Shown: in pieces, positions 8,465 through 18,618 of the stretch
Layout: each line of letters starts with the position of its first letter
How positions within the stretch are numbered: the stretch's first letter is position 1
From: Bacteroidota bacterium
GTDB taxonomy: Bacteria > Bacteroidota > Bacteroidia > Bacteroidales > GCA-2748055
Direction of reading: 5' to 3'
Assembly (NCBI GenBank): GCA_039714915.1
Contig: JBDLIM010000001.1
Span: forward strand, 149,300-213,299
DNA: 64,000 nucleotides
Notes under the pieces: model-generated
Seen by the model: only the letters and a program-made list of their open reading frames with translations
What the model was told of the DNA's origin: nothing
Database searches by the model: none
Position numbers and translations under genes: made by a program

Positions 8465-10870
8465 ATGAGAAATGCTTTCATATTTACATTACTGATGGTT
8501 TTTGCGGGCCTTGCTGCCCAGCAAAATCTCTCCTATCAAAAACCCTCAAAAGAAATTCTTGAACTGGTGGATGTTCCCCAGGCACCGTCTGTGTTGCTGG
8601 ATTATCACAAAGAATACATGGTGCTGCTCTACCGCGACACTTACAAGACCATAGCTGAATTATCCAGGGAGGAGATGCGCTTGGGAGGACTGCGCATTGA
8701 CCCGGCTACCAACATAGGCAGCAGGGTAACTTATTATACTCAGGTCAAAGTAAAAAACATCAGCCTGGAGAACAGTGTAATTCAATCGGTTAAAGGCTTG
8801 CCTGAAAATCCCTTACTCAGCAACTTCAGCTGGTCGCCCGATCAGCAAAAAATGGCCTTTACACATACTGCCGGAACAGGTGTGGAGATCTGGGTACTTG
8901 ATATTCCTTCCGCTTCGGCAAAACAACTCACAGGACCCACAGCCAATGCCAACATGGGAGATGTGATCAACTGGTTTGAAGACAGCAAAGCGATCCTGGT
9001 AAAAATGGTAGCTGAAAACAGAAAAGCTCTGATCGATGTGGGGAATGCGGTACCGGACGGACCCACCATTTCAGTGGCCGATGGAAAAAAAGCGCAGAAC
9101 AGAACCTACCAGGATCTGCTTCAGAATAAAAATGACGAATATAACTTTGAGCAACTGGCTCTTTCAGAAATCCACAAGATCTCCCTGGATGGACCCAGTG
9201 AGCTTTGGCTGGGCAGCGCCATGTATGAAAGCATTTCTTTCTCTCCCGATGGAGAATATGTGATGGTCAATGCCATTGGGAAACCTTTCTCCTACCTGGT
9301 TCCTTATTACCGTTTTCCCTCCAACACAACCATCTATACCAAAGAGGGAAAGAAGGTGGAAACAGTTCTGGAGGTACCCCTGATTGAAGATCTCCCCAAG
9401 GGTTTTATGGCTACACGTACGGGACGGAGGAGTCTTAGCTGGCGCAACGATAAGCCTTCCACCCTTGTTTTTGCTGAAGCACTGGATGGCGGAGATCCTG
9501 AAAATGAGGCGGAATTCAGGGATGAAGTATTTCAACTGGAGGCCCCTTTCAACGGGACAGCTGTTTCCCTGTTGAAAACCTTAAATCGCTTCTCATATAT
9601 TCAGTGGGGTAACGATCAGACAGCCATAGCTACAGACATGTGGTGGAATACCAGGAATACCAAGACCTACCTGTTCAATCCCTCGGAAGCTTCACAGGAA
9701 CCTGTGCTTCTGTTTGACCGCAATTATCAGGACCGGTACAACGATCCCGGCAGATTTGTCACTGAAAGAAATGAGTTTGGCAGCTATGTGCTCAGCCTGA
9801 AAAAGAACAACGTTTACCTGCTTGGAAGCGGGTATTCCAAAGAAGGACAGTTTCCTTTCCTGGACCAGATGAACCTGAAAGCGAAGATGACAAAGCGCCT
9901 GTACCAATCGGAATACACCGACAGGCTGGAAAACCTGAGTCAGTATGACGCAGATAAGCAAAGGCTCCTGGTAAGAATTGAATCACCCACCGATTACCCA
10001 AACTACTATTTCAGGGATCTGAAAAAGAAGAAGCTTGATCAGATTACCAGTTTTGATAATCCTTTCAAAAGCATTCAGGATGTGCATAAGGAGGTAATCA
10101 CATACAAGCGGGACGATGAACTGGAACTTTCGGGCACCCTCTATCTGCCGGCAGGCTATGACCTCAATAATAAGAAGAAAGCGCCTATGATTCTCTGGGC
10201 CTATCCAAGGGAGTTTAAGGATAAGTCCAGCGCAGGACAAACCACAGCCAATCCGAACCGTTTTACTTATCCGCACTATGGCTCGGCCATATACTGGGTA
10301 GCCAAGGGATACGTGGTTCTGGACGGTGCGGCATTTCCCATTGTGGGAGAAGGCGATGAGGAACCCAATGATTCCTTCAGAAAGCAACTGGTAGCCAATG
10401 CCAAAGCTGCCATAGATGCGGTCGATGGGATGGGATATATCGATCGGGAAAAAGTGGCTGTGGGTGGACATAGCTATGGAGCTTTTATGGTGGCCAATCT
10501 GCTGTCCCACTCAGACCTGTTTGCAGCTGGAATTGCAAGAAGCGGGGCTTACAACCGAACCCTTACTCCCTTTGGATTTCAGAGCGAAGAACGTAACTAC
10601 TGGGAAGCTCCTGAGGTCTACTACACCATGTCCCCTTTTATGCATGCTGATAAGATGAAAACTCCATTGCTTCTAATTCATGGTGAAGCCGATAATAACT
10701 CGGGTACCTATCCCCTTCAAAGTACACGGTATTTCAATGCACTGAAAGGTCTTGGAGCCACGGTCAGGCTGGTGATGTTGCCCAGAGAGAGTCATGGCTA
10801 CCGTGCCAAGCAAAGCATCCTGCATATGTTGTGGGAACAGGACCAGTGGCTGGAGAAGTATGTAAAGTAA
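8465..10870 (+). CDS. Secreted S9 prolyl-oligopeptidase-family peptidase (S9D glutamyl endopeptidase-like)
   Basis: Signal peptide, GGHSYGAFM nucleophile, HGEADNN, ESHGY. Confidence 0.88.
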   Translation: MRNAFIFTLLMVFAGLAAQQNLSYQKPSKEILELVDVPQAPSVLLDYHKEYMVLLYRDTYKTIAELSREEMRLGGLRIDPATNIGSRVTYYTQVKVKNISLENSVIQSVKGLPENPLLSNFSWSPDQQKMAFTHTAGTGVEIWVLDIPSASAKQLTGPTANANMGDVINWFEDSKAILVKMVAENRKALIDVGNAVPDGPTISVADGKKAQNRTYQDLLQNKNDEYNFEQLALSEIHKISLDGPSELWLGSAMYESISFSPDGEYVMVNAIGKPFSYLVPYYRFPSNTTIYTKEGKKVETVLEVPLIEDLPKGFMATRTGRRSLSWRNDKPSTLVFAEALDGGDPENEAEFRDEVFQLEAPFNGTAVSLLKTLNRFSYIQWGNDQTAIATDMWWNTRNTKTYLFNPSEASQEPVLLFDRNYQDRYNDPGRFVTERNEFGSYVLSLKKNNVYLLGSGYSKEGQFPFLDQMNLKAKMTKRLYQSEYTDRLENLSQYDADKQRLLVRIESPTDYPNYYFRDLKKKKLDQITSFDNPFKSIQDVHKEVITYKRDDELELSGTLYLPAGYDLNNKKKAPMILWAYPREFKDKSSAGQTTANPNRFTYPHYGSAIYWVAKGYVVLDGAAFPIVGEGDEEPNDSFRKQLVANAKAAIDAVDGMGYIDREKVAVGGHSYGAFMVANLLSHSDLFAAGIARSGAYNRTLTPFGFQSEERNYWEAPEVYYTMSPFMHADKMKTPLLLIHGEADNNSGTYPLQSTRYFNALKGLGATVRLVMLPRESHGYRAKQSILHMLWEQDQWLEKYVK

Positions 10871-10948
10871 CACCTACGTGTATGTGTTAGATACTCCCTG
10901 GCGGGAAAACTTTTGTGTAAATAAATTAGCATTTCACGGAAGTTTTAT

Positions 10949-10956
10949 TAGCTTTG
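10949..10956 (+). promoter_or_regulatory. Bacteroidota -7 promoter element (TAGCTTTG)
   Basis: TAnnTTTG about 22 bp upstream of the ATG at 10979. Confidence 0.5.
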
Positions 10957-10978
10957 GTCATAATTTACACCCATAGCC

Positions 10979-11362
10979 ATGGACATCAGCCACTCTGATT
11001 TCGCAATTCAAGCCAGGTCATCTTCCCCTCAGAATGTTTCGAATGGACTACGCAAGGTATTCATGAACGATGCTGAATTACACGTTCAGTTATTCTTCAC
11101 CATCCCCATTGTAGCCGGAGGGATTATTCTGCATTTGAATGCAGTACAATGGTTCCTGGTAAGTCTGGTTACCCTGCTTTTTCTGGTGGTGGGAATTTTC
11201 CGTACTGCGTCCATGTTGCAGATAAAAAATAATTCTTCACTATCCACTTTCCAGGTGACCCGGATCAAAGCCATGGGGAATACACTTGTTACTCTTACTG
11301 CAGGAATTTCTTTTTTTACTTATCTGCTGGTATTTGTTCCCAAGATCATTCAACTCCTGTAA
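10979..11362 (+). CDS. Diacylglycerol-kinase (DgkA)-like membrane protein, degenerate
   Basis: 127 aa with three hydrophobic helices and a DgkA-like layout, but lacking the catalytic E-x-x-N...E and KD residues. Confidence 0.55.
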   Translation: MDISHSDFAIQARSSSPQNVSNGLRKVFMNDAELHVQLFFTIPIVAGGIILHLNAVQWFLVSLVTLLFLVVGIFRTASMLQIKNNSSLSTFQVTRIKAMGNTLVTLTAGISFFTYLLVFVPKIIQLL

Positions 11363-12992
11363 GCACCAGTACAACATCCTTTTCCAGAGGACTATCTGCC
11401 TGTAATAATCTGCCTTCCAGCTTGATTGAAGCGTTAATATACCTGTTCTCCACAGGATCGAACCACTTTGGCTTGTATTTTGCTCCCGATGGAAGTCGCA
11501 ATTTCACTTTCTGTTTCTGTGGCAGGTAAACCATGATGCACTTGCTATCCAGTGATTTAAGAACAGAAACATGTTTCCTGAAGTTTTCCTGGCCAGGTTG
11601 TTCAAGCAGAATTCCCTGAGCGGGACGCAGATTCCACCATTCATACTCCCTTAAGAATTCACCCAGATAAGCAATCTGAGTGCTTCCGGGTAGATCCATG
11701 GCTTTATCCCAGGTACTTACTCCGGGTACATACCTGTGATTAAGGGGCTTCTCCCCTTTCCTGATCCAGGGCCATATCCCATCGGCGCCATAGGTAATCC
11801 CACCCGGTGGGGCAGCAAACACACTCCAGTAACAGGCTTTTCGAACATCATCCTCAAAGATGGCGAGGCCAATCTCTTCGTAACAGGGTTCCATGTTAAT
11901 AACAGGTTTGGGAGGATTTGATTTCCACCCTTCCGCTATCGTCCGGTTGATAAATTCTACTGTTCGCTTCCCGGTTCCGTGAGAAGACTGGTATCCATCA
12001 ATATCAAACCAGGGCTCCTGGCCATAAATATCACCCACCCATGATCTACCCATGGGATGCAGGGTGGAGAGTCCCTGGGGCTTGTCCTTAAATACCTGTC
12101 GTCCCAGATGCATCCAGCGATCCTCAAGCTCACCCGTATACTTTCCATCCCCTCCCAGGATCCAAACTACATGATGTGCACCATAGCGTGCCACCATGTA
12201 CCTGGCCAGCAGGATAGACTCCCGGTCAGGCAGGTAATACCCCGGGCTCAGTTCGGTTCCAGGTCCGAATGGCAACGCCCACAACAATACCAATCCGGCC
12301 ACGTGACCATGTGCATTCACACGGTCCATTTTCTGATCAAAATGCTTAAAAAAGCCAGGATTCAGGATGATTCTCCCACTGCCGGTGAAGGCTACTTCTC
12401 CTTTACTGTTTTTATCACATCCCCTCCATTGGGTAGCCACCAGCTGAATCACATTGTAGCCATGTTCGGCCCGGTGTTCAAGATACTGCTCCCACTCCTC
12501 TTCTGTGGATTTCAAAGCCCCGTTCCAGGCGGTGCAAGCCTGCCAGAAAAAAGGAGTGCCATTTTCATGACTCAGGTGATAGCTTCCCTTATCACTTCCT
12601 ACCCTGCCTTGGTTATAAATAGCCAGTCCGCTCTGATTCTCTGTGCATTCAAAGGAACCCCTGATGGAATGTAGTCCTGCATTAAGGGTATCTGAACAAC
12701 GGGTATGGAAGGCCCATATGCCCACCTCATCCGGCATCAGGCGGATCTTCCAATCAAGAGCTCCATCCCAGAATCCGTTGATCCGCATCATTTTACCGGA
12801 TGGGGAAGTGAACAGGGCAGAAAACTCCCTTACGTCGTATAAAGGATTATCATAGTCTGTTTGACTTTCAAGCTGCATCTCAAAACGGTCCCAGACCGGG
12901 ACCGGATCCCCTCCCCCGCTATGGCCGGTCAAGACTTCAGATCCCAGTAAACTAAGTATACAGAGGCAATATATTTTCCTTATCATGGTCAT
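11346..12992 (-). CDS. DUF5060/DUF4038 putative glycoside hydrolase (GH140 apiosidase-like fold)
   Basis: GFWDG, GTPFFWQACTAW, YMVARYGA, WILGGD, QSSH, EPCYE, ITYGA, WFDP. Confidence 0.8.
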   Translation of the reverse strand: MTMIRKIYCLCILSLLGSEVLTGHSGGGDPVPVWDRFEMQLESQTDYDNPLYDVREFSALFTSPSGKMMRINGFWDGALDWKIRLMPDEVGIWAFHTRCSDTLNAGLHSIRGSFECTENQSGLAIYNQGRVGSDKGSYHLSHENGTPFFWQACTAWNGALKSTEEEWEQYLEHRAEHGYNVIQLVATQWRGCDKNSKGEVAFTGSGRIILNPGFFKHFDQKMDRVNAHGHVAGLVLLWALPFGPGTELSPGYYLPDRESILLARYMVARYGAHHVVWILGGDGKYTGELEDRWMHLGRQVFKDKPQGLSTLHPMGRSWVGDIYGQEPWFDIDGYQSSHGTGKRTVEFINRTIAEGWKSNPPKPVINMEPCYEEIGLAIFEDDVRKACYWSVFAAPPGGITYGADGIWPWIRKGEKPLNHRYVPGVSTWDKAMDLPGSTQIAYLGEFLREYEWWNLRPAQGILLEQPGQENFRKHVSVLKSLDSKCIMVYLPQKQKVKLRLPSGAKYKPKWFDPVENRYINASIKLEGRLLQADSPLEKDVVLVLTGVE

Positions 12993-15900
12993 CAGATTAT
13001 AGGTTTAATCGTAAATGAGAATTTATATTCACCGGGTAAAACCCGGTAGGGATTCAAGACAGAATTGGCCGTTCCACCCACTCCGCTCACCCTGTGATCC
13101 AGGTTCAGGATTACCCCCGGTTCATCTTTCAACTGAAAAGTGTAATGGGCTCTGTCCAGCATTTCCGTGGAAAATTTCTGTGCACTGAAATTAAATGTTT
13201 CCCCGGAAGTAATATGCAAGCCTCTGCCCGATTCATCGCTAATCCGGCACCAGTAAGTATCGGTCCTGTTCCCGTAATCCTGGGGAATAATATAGGGAAC
13301 ATAATCTGCTTCCACAGTCGTGCTGTAAGTACCTATCCTGGACCCTGTTTTGCGATCCGGGTAATTCTCGAAGGGGCCTCTCCCCAGCCATTCCATGTTC
13401 CGGAAATCATCTGCTAACTCCATTTGCAGTCCCAGTTTTGGAATCCACTTGGTCATATTGCCCCGTGGAGATACAGAAGTCTCCAGCACAATCTCTCCGT
13501 CCCCTGTGATGGTATAGTGGTAATGTACTTTGAAGCCACTTGTATGGTTCCTGGCATGTACACTGCATTCAACCCGGATCTCGGCTTTCCGGCTTCCTGT
13601 CATGCTGTGAAACTGATCCACATCCTGAACCAGCTGATCCAATCCGATGGAACGCCATCCATTGGCAGTCTCCCTGCCCATTCCTTCAGTCACATGGCCC
13701 ATTTCAGTATGCCAGAAATTCCATGAATCCAGGTCATTGGCCAGGGGTGCCCGCCAGACATTAAAAACAGGTCCTTTATTAAGCAGCTCCTTTCCGTCCA
13801 GAACCATGGAAACGATCTGGCCGCTCAGCGTATCAATGCCATACACAAAACCCTCTCCACTCAGCTTCAGACAGGATCCCTCCCTCTCTGCATGGATGGG
13901 AGTGGCCGGCCTCTGCACCTGCAGCGGCAACTCGAGAAAGTGCAGCGGAAACTGTTCCCAGGCCACTTCATGCCCTGTATCTGCCCAGGGCTGATCGCTA
14001 GTGGTCGCACAAGAGATCATTAAATGATAGATGGCACCCGGTACCTTTTCCGGTTTTGCATAGGGTATGTTTACCCGGGTTTGACCGCCGGGAGCCAGAT
14101 CCAACTCCAGTTTCCCATCCTGGATCACCTCTCCGTTTTCAGTAAGCTGCCATTGAAAATCCAGGTCACGCAGATTTCTGAAGTGATGCCTGTTGGAAAT
14201 TTCAATCACTCCCTGCTCCAGGTCCATCGCAGTGTAAGCCACCGGCTGAGGGGATTTCTTCAGTTGCCATAACTCCGGCTGGATGCTACGGTCAGGCCAA
14301 ATCAGTCCATAGGTTCGCCCGGGAATACCAATGGAGTAATAACTCCCCTCTTCCAGGGCCGTCTCAAAGTCGAGCCACAACAAAGATCTTGATTTCAGCT
14401 CAGCTGTCTCCTTCTGCAAATCATCAGGGTCAAGTGCTTCCCCGAAAATCCTCACCTGATCCAGGGTGGCATGGCACATATATCCCCGGTGACCATCCCT
14501 TAATTCAGCACTTTTGCCCAGAATCACTCCATAGGGGGCATTTACAATGCTGCCCACGCATGCCCTGGTTCCTACAATGTCTCCATCCAGGTACAGCTCC
14601 ATTTTCTGGCCGTCGTAGATGGCGGATACATGGTGCCACTGCCCGGTCCAGTTATCGGGCAGTTCAGCTTTCAGAGATTGCCTGCGTCCTGTATTTAAGT
14701 AAAACTCCAGATGATCGGCATCGGACTGGATAATTCCAAACTGAAAATCCCCTTTGGTCAGGAAGGCTGCATTGCCATTGTATGCTTCAGGCTTCACCAG
14801 GAATGAGACGGAAAGCTCCTGCCCTGTGATATCCAGGGCCGGATCCCGGGATACTTCCAGCCAGTCGTCATGACCGCTCAGATACAATGCCCGTCCCTCC
14901 TTTCCATCCACCACTTGTGCTTTGTTCATAAATACGCATTTAAGATTCCCGGGGGAATCATCCCGCGTAGATACCACCGGCATTTCAATACCCGGACTGA
15001 TCCAGTCCCATATGGCACCCCCTGTCAACCGGGGGTATTTATAGATCAGATCCCAGTATTCATCCAGTCCACCAAGGGCGTTCCCGGTGGCTGCAATATA
15101 TTCGTCCATAAATGAAGGCCTGGGATCGTCCGATTTTCCAAATCTCTGTTCCAGCCTGAAAGGCTGCAGGTACCTGGGGCCCACCACATCTTCACAGCGG
15201 ATAGGATTGGTAAGGGGATCCTCATCCCGGTTGCCCCCATAGAGCCATGCAGGCCTGCTGGGATCTATCGTTTTTCCCTCTTCAATAAGAGCGCAAATAT
15301 TGTCACCCGAACCACTTTCGTTCCCTGCACTCCAGATTACCACCGATGGATGGTTCCTGTCCCGATACACCATTTTCCGCATGCGGTCCAGATACACATG
15401 GCGCCAGGCAGGATCGTGAGATAGCTGCGTGTAAGCATGGGCCTCATCGCCGGTCTCATCCACCACATATATCCCCAGCTCATCGGCCAGGTCAAGGTAC
15501 TCCACGTTTGGAGGGTAATGACTGGTGCGAACACAATTAATATTGAACTGCTTCATCAGGTGCAGGTCCCTGCGCATGGTCTCCACATCCATGGAATGCC
15601 CTGTTCGCGGGTGCATCATGTGACTGTTCACTCCGTTAAATTTGATGGCTGCCCCGTTTATATAAATGGCCTGATCCTTTACCTCCACTTCACGGAATCC
15701 TACCCTGCTGCTGATCGTTTCCAACACCCCTTCCTGATCATCCATCAGCTCCAGTATCAGTGTATAAAGTGTGGGGAACTCGGCCGACCATTTCTCAGGA
15801 TTTATAATTTCCAGCATCTGAACTGCCCTGGTCCCGGCATGGGAGTTCAGCTCCTCCAGAGTGAGCATGGCCCCGGCACCCGGAACCGGATTTCGGTTCT

Positions 15901-16738
15901 TGTCATAGAGTTTGATTCCAAGTTTGTAAGAGCTGAGTTTCTTTTTTGTATAGTTCCTGATATCTGCCTGAATATTCAGCTTTGCATTTGTATAGCTTTC
16001 ATCCAGGTCTGTGGAAATAAAGTAGTCCCTGATATGGATATCCGGTGTAGCCATCAGGTACACATCCCGGTAGATCCCGGACAGCCTCCAGGTATCCTGG
16101 TCCTCCAGATAGGATCCGTCACTGTAGCGCAGAACCCTGACAGCAATGCTGTTATCTCCATTTTTTAAATGGGGGGTAATGTTAAATTCAGCTGGTTCCA
16201 TCCCTCCCTGGTTATAGCCCGCTTCCTTTCCGTTTATCCATACATAGAATGCGGAATGTACTCCCTCAAAATGCAGAAAGATCTGTCTGTCCTGCCAGTC
16301 TTCCGGCAGGGTAAAGGTCCTGTAATAGGAGCCCACGGGATTAAACTCTTTTGGAACCAGGGGCGGATCCAGGGGATGTGGGAGACCGACGTTACGAAAT
16401 AGGGGAAAACCAAAGCCCTCCATCTGCCAGTTGGAAGGAACGTTGATCTCCTGCCAGTCGCCCCGGTTAAAACCGCTCTTAAAAAACTGCTCCGGGGCTT
16501 TTTCCGGACTTTCAGTCCATTTAAATTTCCAGGAACCGTTTAAAGAAAAATGAAATGGGGATTCTTTTCGTTTGCCTTCCAGGGCCTGCTGAAGGTCTTT
16601 ATAAGGCATTAGCGTAGCATGCGGCGGCTCCTGCATACGCTCAATAATTTCCGGATTTTCATAATCGGGAGGATTCTGTGCCGAAAGATGGCATAGCATT
16701 AAAATAGCGATGCCTGTCACTGCGATCAGTCTACTCAT
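12992..16738 (-). CDS. GH2 beta-galactosidase (LacZ-like) with inserted LamG-like domain
   Basis: SYLEDQD, RTSHYP, WSAGNE (acid/base), MDEY (nucleophile), GGAIWDW, GRGPFENYPDR. Confidence 0.9.
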   Translation of the reverse strand: MSRLIAVTGIAILMLCHLSAQNPPDYENPEIIERMQEPPHATLMPYKDLQQALEGKRKESPFHFSLNGSWKFKWTESPEKAPEQFFKSGFNRGDWQEINVPSNWQMEGFGFPLFRNVGLPHPLDPPLVPKEFNPVGSYYRTFTLPEDWQDRQIFLHFEGVHSAFYVWINGKEAGYNQGGMEPAEFNITPHLKNGDNSIAVRVLRYSDGSYLEDQDTWRLSGIYRDVYLMATPDIHIRDYFISTDLDESYTNAKLNIQADIRNYTKKKLSSYKLGIKLYDKNRNPVPGAGAMLTLEELNSHAGTRAVQMLEIINPEKWSAEFPTLYTLILELMDDQEGVLETISSRVGFREVEVKDQAIYINGAAIKFNGVNSHMMHPRTGHSMDVETMRRDLHLMKQFNINCVRTSHYPPNVEYLDLADELGIYVVDETGDEAHAYTQLSHDPAWRHVYLDRMRKMVYRDRNHPSVVIWSAGNESGSGDNICALIEEGKTIDPSRPAWLYGGNRDEDPLTNPIRCEDVVGPRYLQPFRLEQRFGKSDDPRPSFMDEYIAATGNALGGLDEYWDLIYKYPRLTGGAIWDWISPGIEMPVVSTRDDSPGNLKCVFMNKAQVVDGKEGRALYLSGHDDWLEVSRDPALDITGQELSVSFLVKPEAYNGNAAFLTKGDFQFGIIQSDADHLEFYLNTGRRQSLKAELPDNWTGQWHHVSAIYDGQKMELYLDGDIVGTRACVGSIVNAPYGVILGKSAELRDGHRGYMCHATLDQVRIFGEALDPDDLQKETAELKSRSLLWLDFETALEEGSYYSIGIPGRTYGLIWPDRSIQPELWQLKKSPQPVAYTAMDLEQGVIEISNRHHFRNLRDLDFQWQLTENGEVIQDGKLELDLAPGGQTRVNIPYAKPEKVPGAIYHLMISCATTSDQPWADTGHEVAWEQFPLHFLELPLQVQRPATPIHAEREGSCLKLSGEGFVYGIDTLSGQIVSMVLDGKELLNKGPVFNVWRAPLANDLDSWNFWHTEMGHVTEGMGRETANGWRSIGLDQLVQDVDQFHSMTGSRKAEIRVECSVHARNHTSGFKVHYHYTITGDGEIVLETSVSPRGNMTKWIPKLGLQMELADDFRNMEWLGRGPFENYPDRKTGSRIGTYSTTVEADYVPYIIPQDYGNRTDTYWCRISDESGRGLHITSGETFNFSAQKFSTEMLDRAHYTFQLKDEPGVILNLDHRVSGVGGTANSVLNPYRVLPGEYKFSFTIKPII

Positions 16739-16771
16739 ACCTGGTTAGTTTATATTGGATCTTTAGTTTTT

Positions 16772-18610
16772 TCAACTTAATACAGCCTGTGCCACTTCCA
16801 CTGCCAGCGCATACCTTCCAAAAGGTGCGCTCACCTGAATTCCATTTACAAAATTCAGTACCCTGTCCACCATGGACCGGGCAATTTCGATTCCTGCCTT
16901 TAATTGATCCTCCCTGCTTTCATACTTTGCGATTTGTGCAAGTACCTCATCGGGAACGGTGACTCCCGGAACCTCATTCTTCATAAACTCTGCATTCCTC
17001 AGGCTCACCAGGGGCCATATCCCTGCGATCAGGTACATTCCGTCCATATCCACTTTCTCCATAAACAATTCAAGGGAGGGCACATCAAATACAGGCTGGG
17101 TAATGATGTACTCGGCGCCGGCTTCTTTTTTTAATTGCAGGCGGTGAATCTCATTTTCGGGATTCACGCTGTTGGGATCCAGGCCCACTCCGGTAAAAAA
17201 GGATGTGGGCTCGCCAATTCGCTTTTCTCCCACGTCAATGCCATGGTTCAGATTGTTTATCAGATGTACCAGTCCGATGGCATCGATATCAAAAACTGCA
17301 GTGGCCTGCGGGTAATCCCCGATCATGGGAGGATCGCCTGTGATGGCCAGAATGTTCCTTATTCCCATGGCTGTGGCTCCCAGCAGATCCGACTGCATTC
17401 CCAGCAGATTGCGATCCCTGCAGGTATAGTGCAGTACGGTTTCAATATTCACCTGGTTCTGAAGCAATACAGCCAGTGCCAATCCGGTCATCCTTGCTGA
17501 AGCCCTGGGTCCGTCGGGTATATTAATGGCATCCACCCTGTGCTCTTTGAGCAGCTTTGCTCCCTCAAGGGGTTTAGTAATATCTGTACTTTTGGGAGGG
17601 ACCATCTCCACCAGCACTACCTGTTCCCCTGAAATAAGCTTTTTAGCCAGCCTGGACTTTCCCTTTACCGGAACCGGTTCGGGCAGGGGCTCCTCAGTGA
17701 CGGGTTTCACTCCGATCTGTATGGAGTGCTGGATCCGGGTCTGTTTCATAGCCAGGGAATTGGCCATTTTTGCAATATGCTCGGGTGTGGTGCCACAGCA
17801 TCCCCCAAGAATTCTGACTCCCTTATCTATAAATCGCTTGGTATACACCGAGAAGTATTCAGGAGTACTCATGTAGATCATACGTCCGTCGGTATACTGC
17901 GGCCTGCCTGCATTGGGCATGATGCTGAGTGGCTTCCCGGAGATCTTTCCCAACTGTTCCACAAAATCGAGCATGGGCTTGGGTCCAACCGTACAATTCA
18001 GTCCAATAACTGTGGCTTTGCTGTTTTCCAGCCTGCAGGCAATATCCTCCAGTTCGATCCCGTAGCGGGTCTTTCCATCTTCTCCCACAGTCATCATGGC
18101 CACTATGGGAAGCGCACTTACGCTTCGGACGGCCTTAATGGCCTGTTCCATTTCCCTGATGTCCTGGAATGTTTCCAGTATGAACAGGTCCACTCCTCCC
18201 TGATTCAAAAGATGCGCCTGCTCTGCATAGGCATGAAATATCTCATCCAGGGTAGTATCTCCCCAGGGTTCGATTTCCAGTCCGGACGGACCCATGGAAC
18301 CCGCTACGTAAGATGTGTCTCCGGCGGCTTGCCTTGCCAGGGAAACACCTTTGAGATTTATTTCCTCTATCTGGTCTGTCAGGTTGTGAGATTTGAGCTT
18401 AAAGCGATTGGCTCCATAGGTATTGGTTTCGATCACCCTGGCCCCGGCCCTGATGTACTCCTCGTGAATGGACCTGATCAGTTCGGGTCGCGAAAGGTTC
18501 AGTTCATCGTAGCACTTATCAATAAAAATCCCTTTCTCATAGATCAAAGATCCCATGGCCCCATCCAGCAGGACAAGGTTCTCCTTCAAATACTCCTCAA
18601 ATGCAATCAT
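16772..18610 (-). CDS. Bifunctional homocysteine S-methyltransferase / methylenetetrahydrofolate reductase (YitJ-like)
   Basis: LLDGAMG, GLNC, GGCCGTTPEHI and MTHFR half (HYTCRDRN, TGDPP, ITQPVFD). The probable start is ATG 18610; the ORF extends to 18637. Confidence 0.9.
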   Translation of the reverse strand: MIAFEEYLKENLVLLDGAMGSLIYEKGIFIDKCYDELNLSRPELIRSIHEEYIRAGARVIETNTYGANRFKLKSHNLTDQIEEINLKGVSLARQAAGDTSYVAGSMGPSGLEIEPWGDTTLDEIFHAYAEQAHLLNQGGVDLFILETFQDIREMEQAIKAVRSVSALPIVAMMTVGEDGKTRYGIELEDIACRLENSKATVIGLNCTVGPKPMLDFVEQLGKISGKPLSIMPNAGRPQYTDGRMIYMSTPEYFSVYTKRFIDKGVRILGGCCGTTPEHIAKMANSLAMKQTRIQHSIQIGVKPVTEEPLPEPVPVKGKSRLAKKLISGEQVVLVEMVPPKSTDITKPLEGAKLLKEHRVDAINIPDGPRASARMTGLALAVLLQNQVNIETVLHYTCRDRNLLGMQSDLLGATAMGIRNILAITGDPPMIGDYPQATAVFDIDAIGLVHLINNLNHGIDVGEKRIGEPTSFFTGVGLDPNSVNPENEIHRLQLKKEAGAEYIITQPVFDVPSLELFMEKVDMDGMYLIAGIWPLVSLRNAEFMKNEVPGVTVPDEVLAQIAKYESREDQLKAGIEIARSMVDRVLNFVNGIQVSAPFGRYALAVEVAQAVLS

Positions 18611-18618
18611 ACCCAAAT

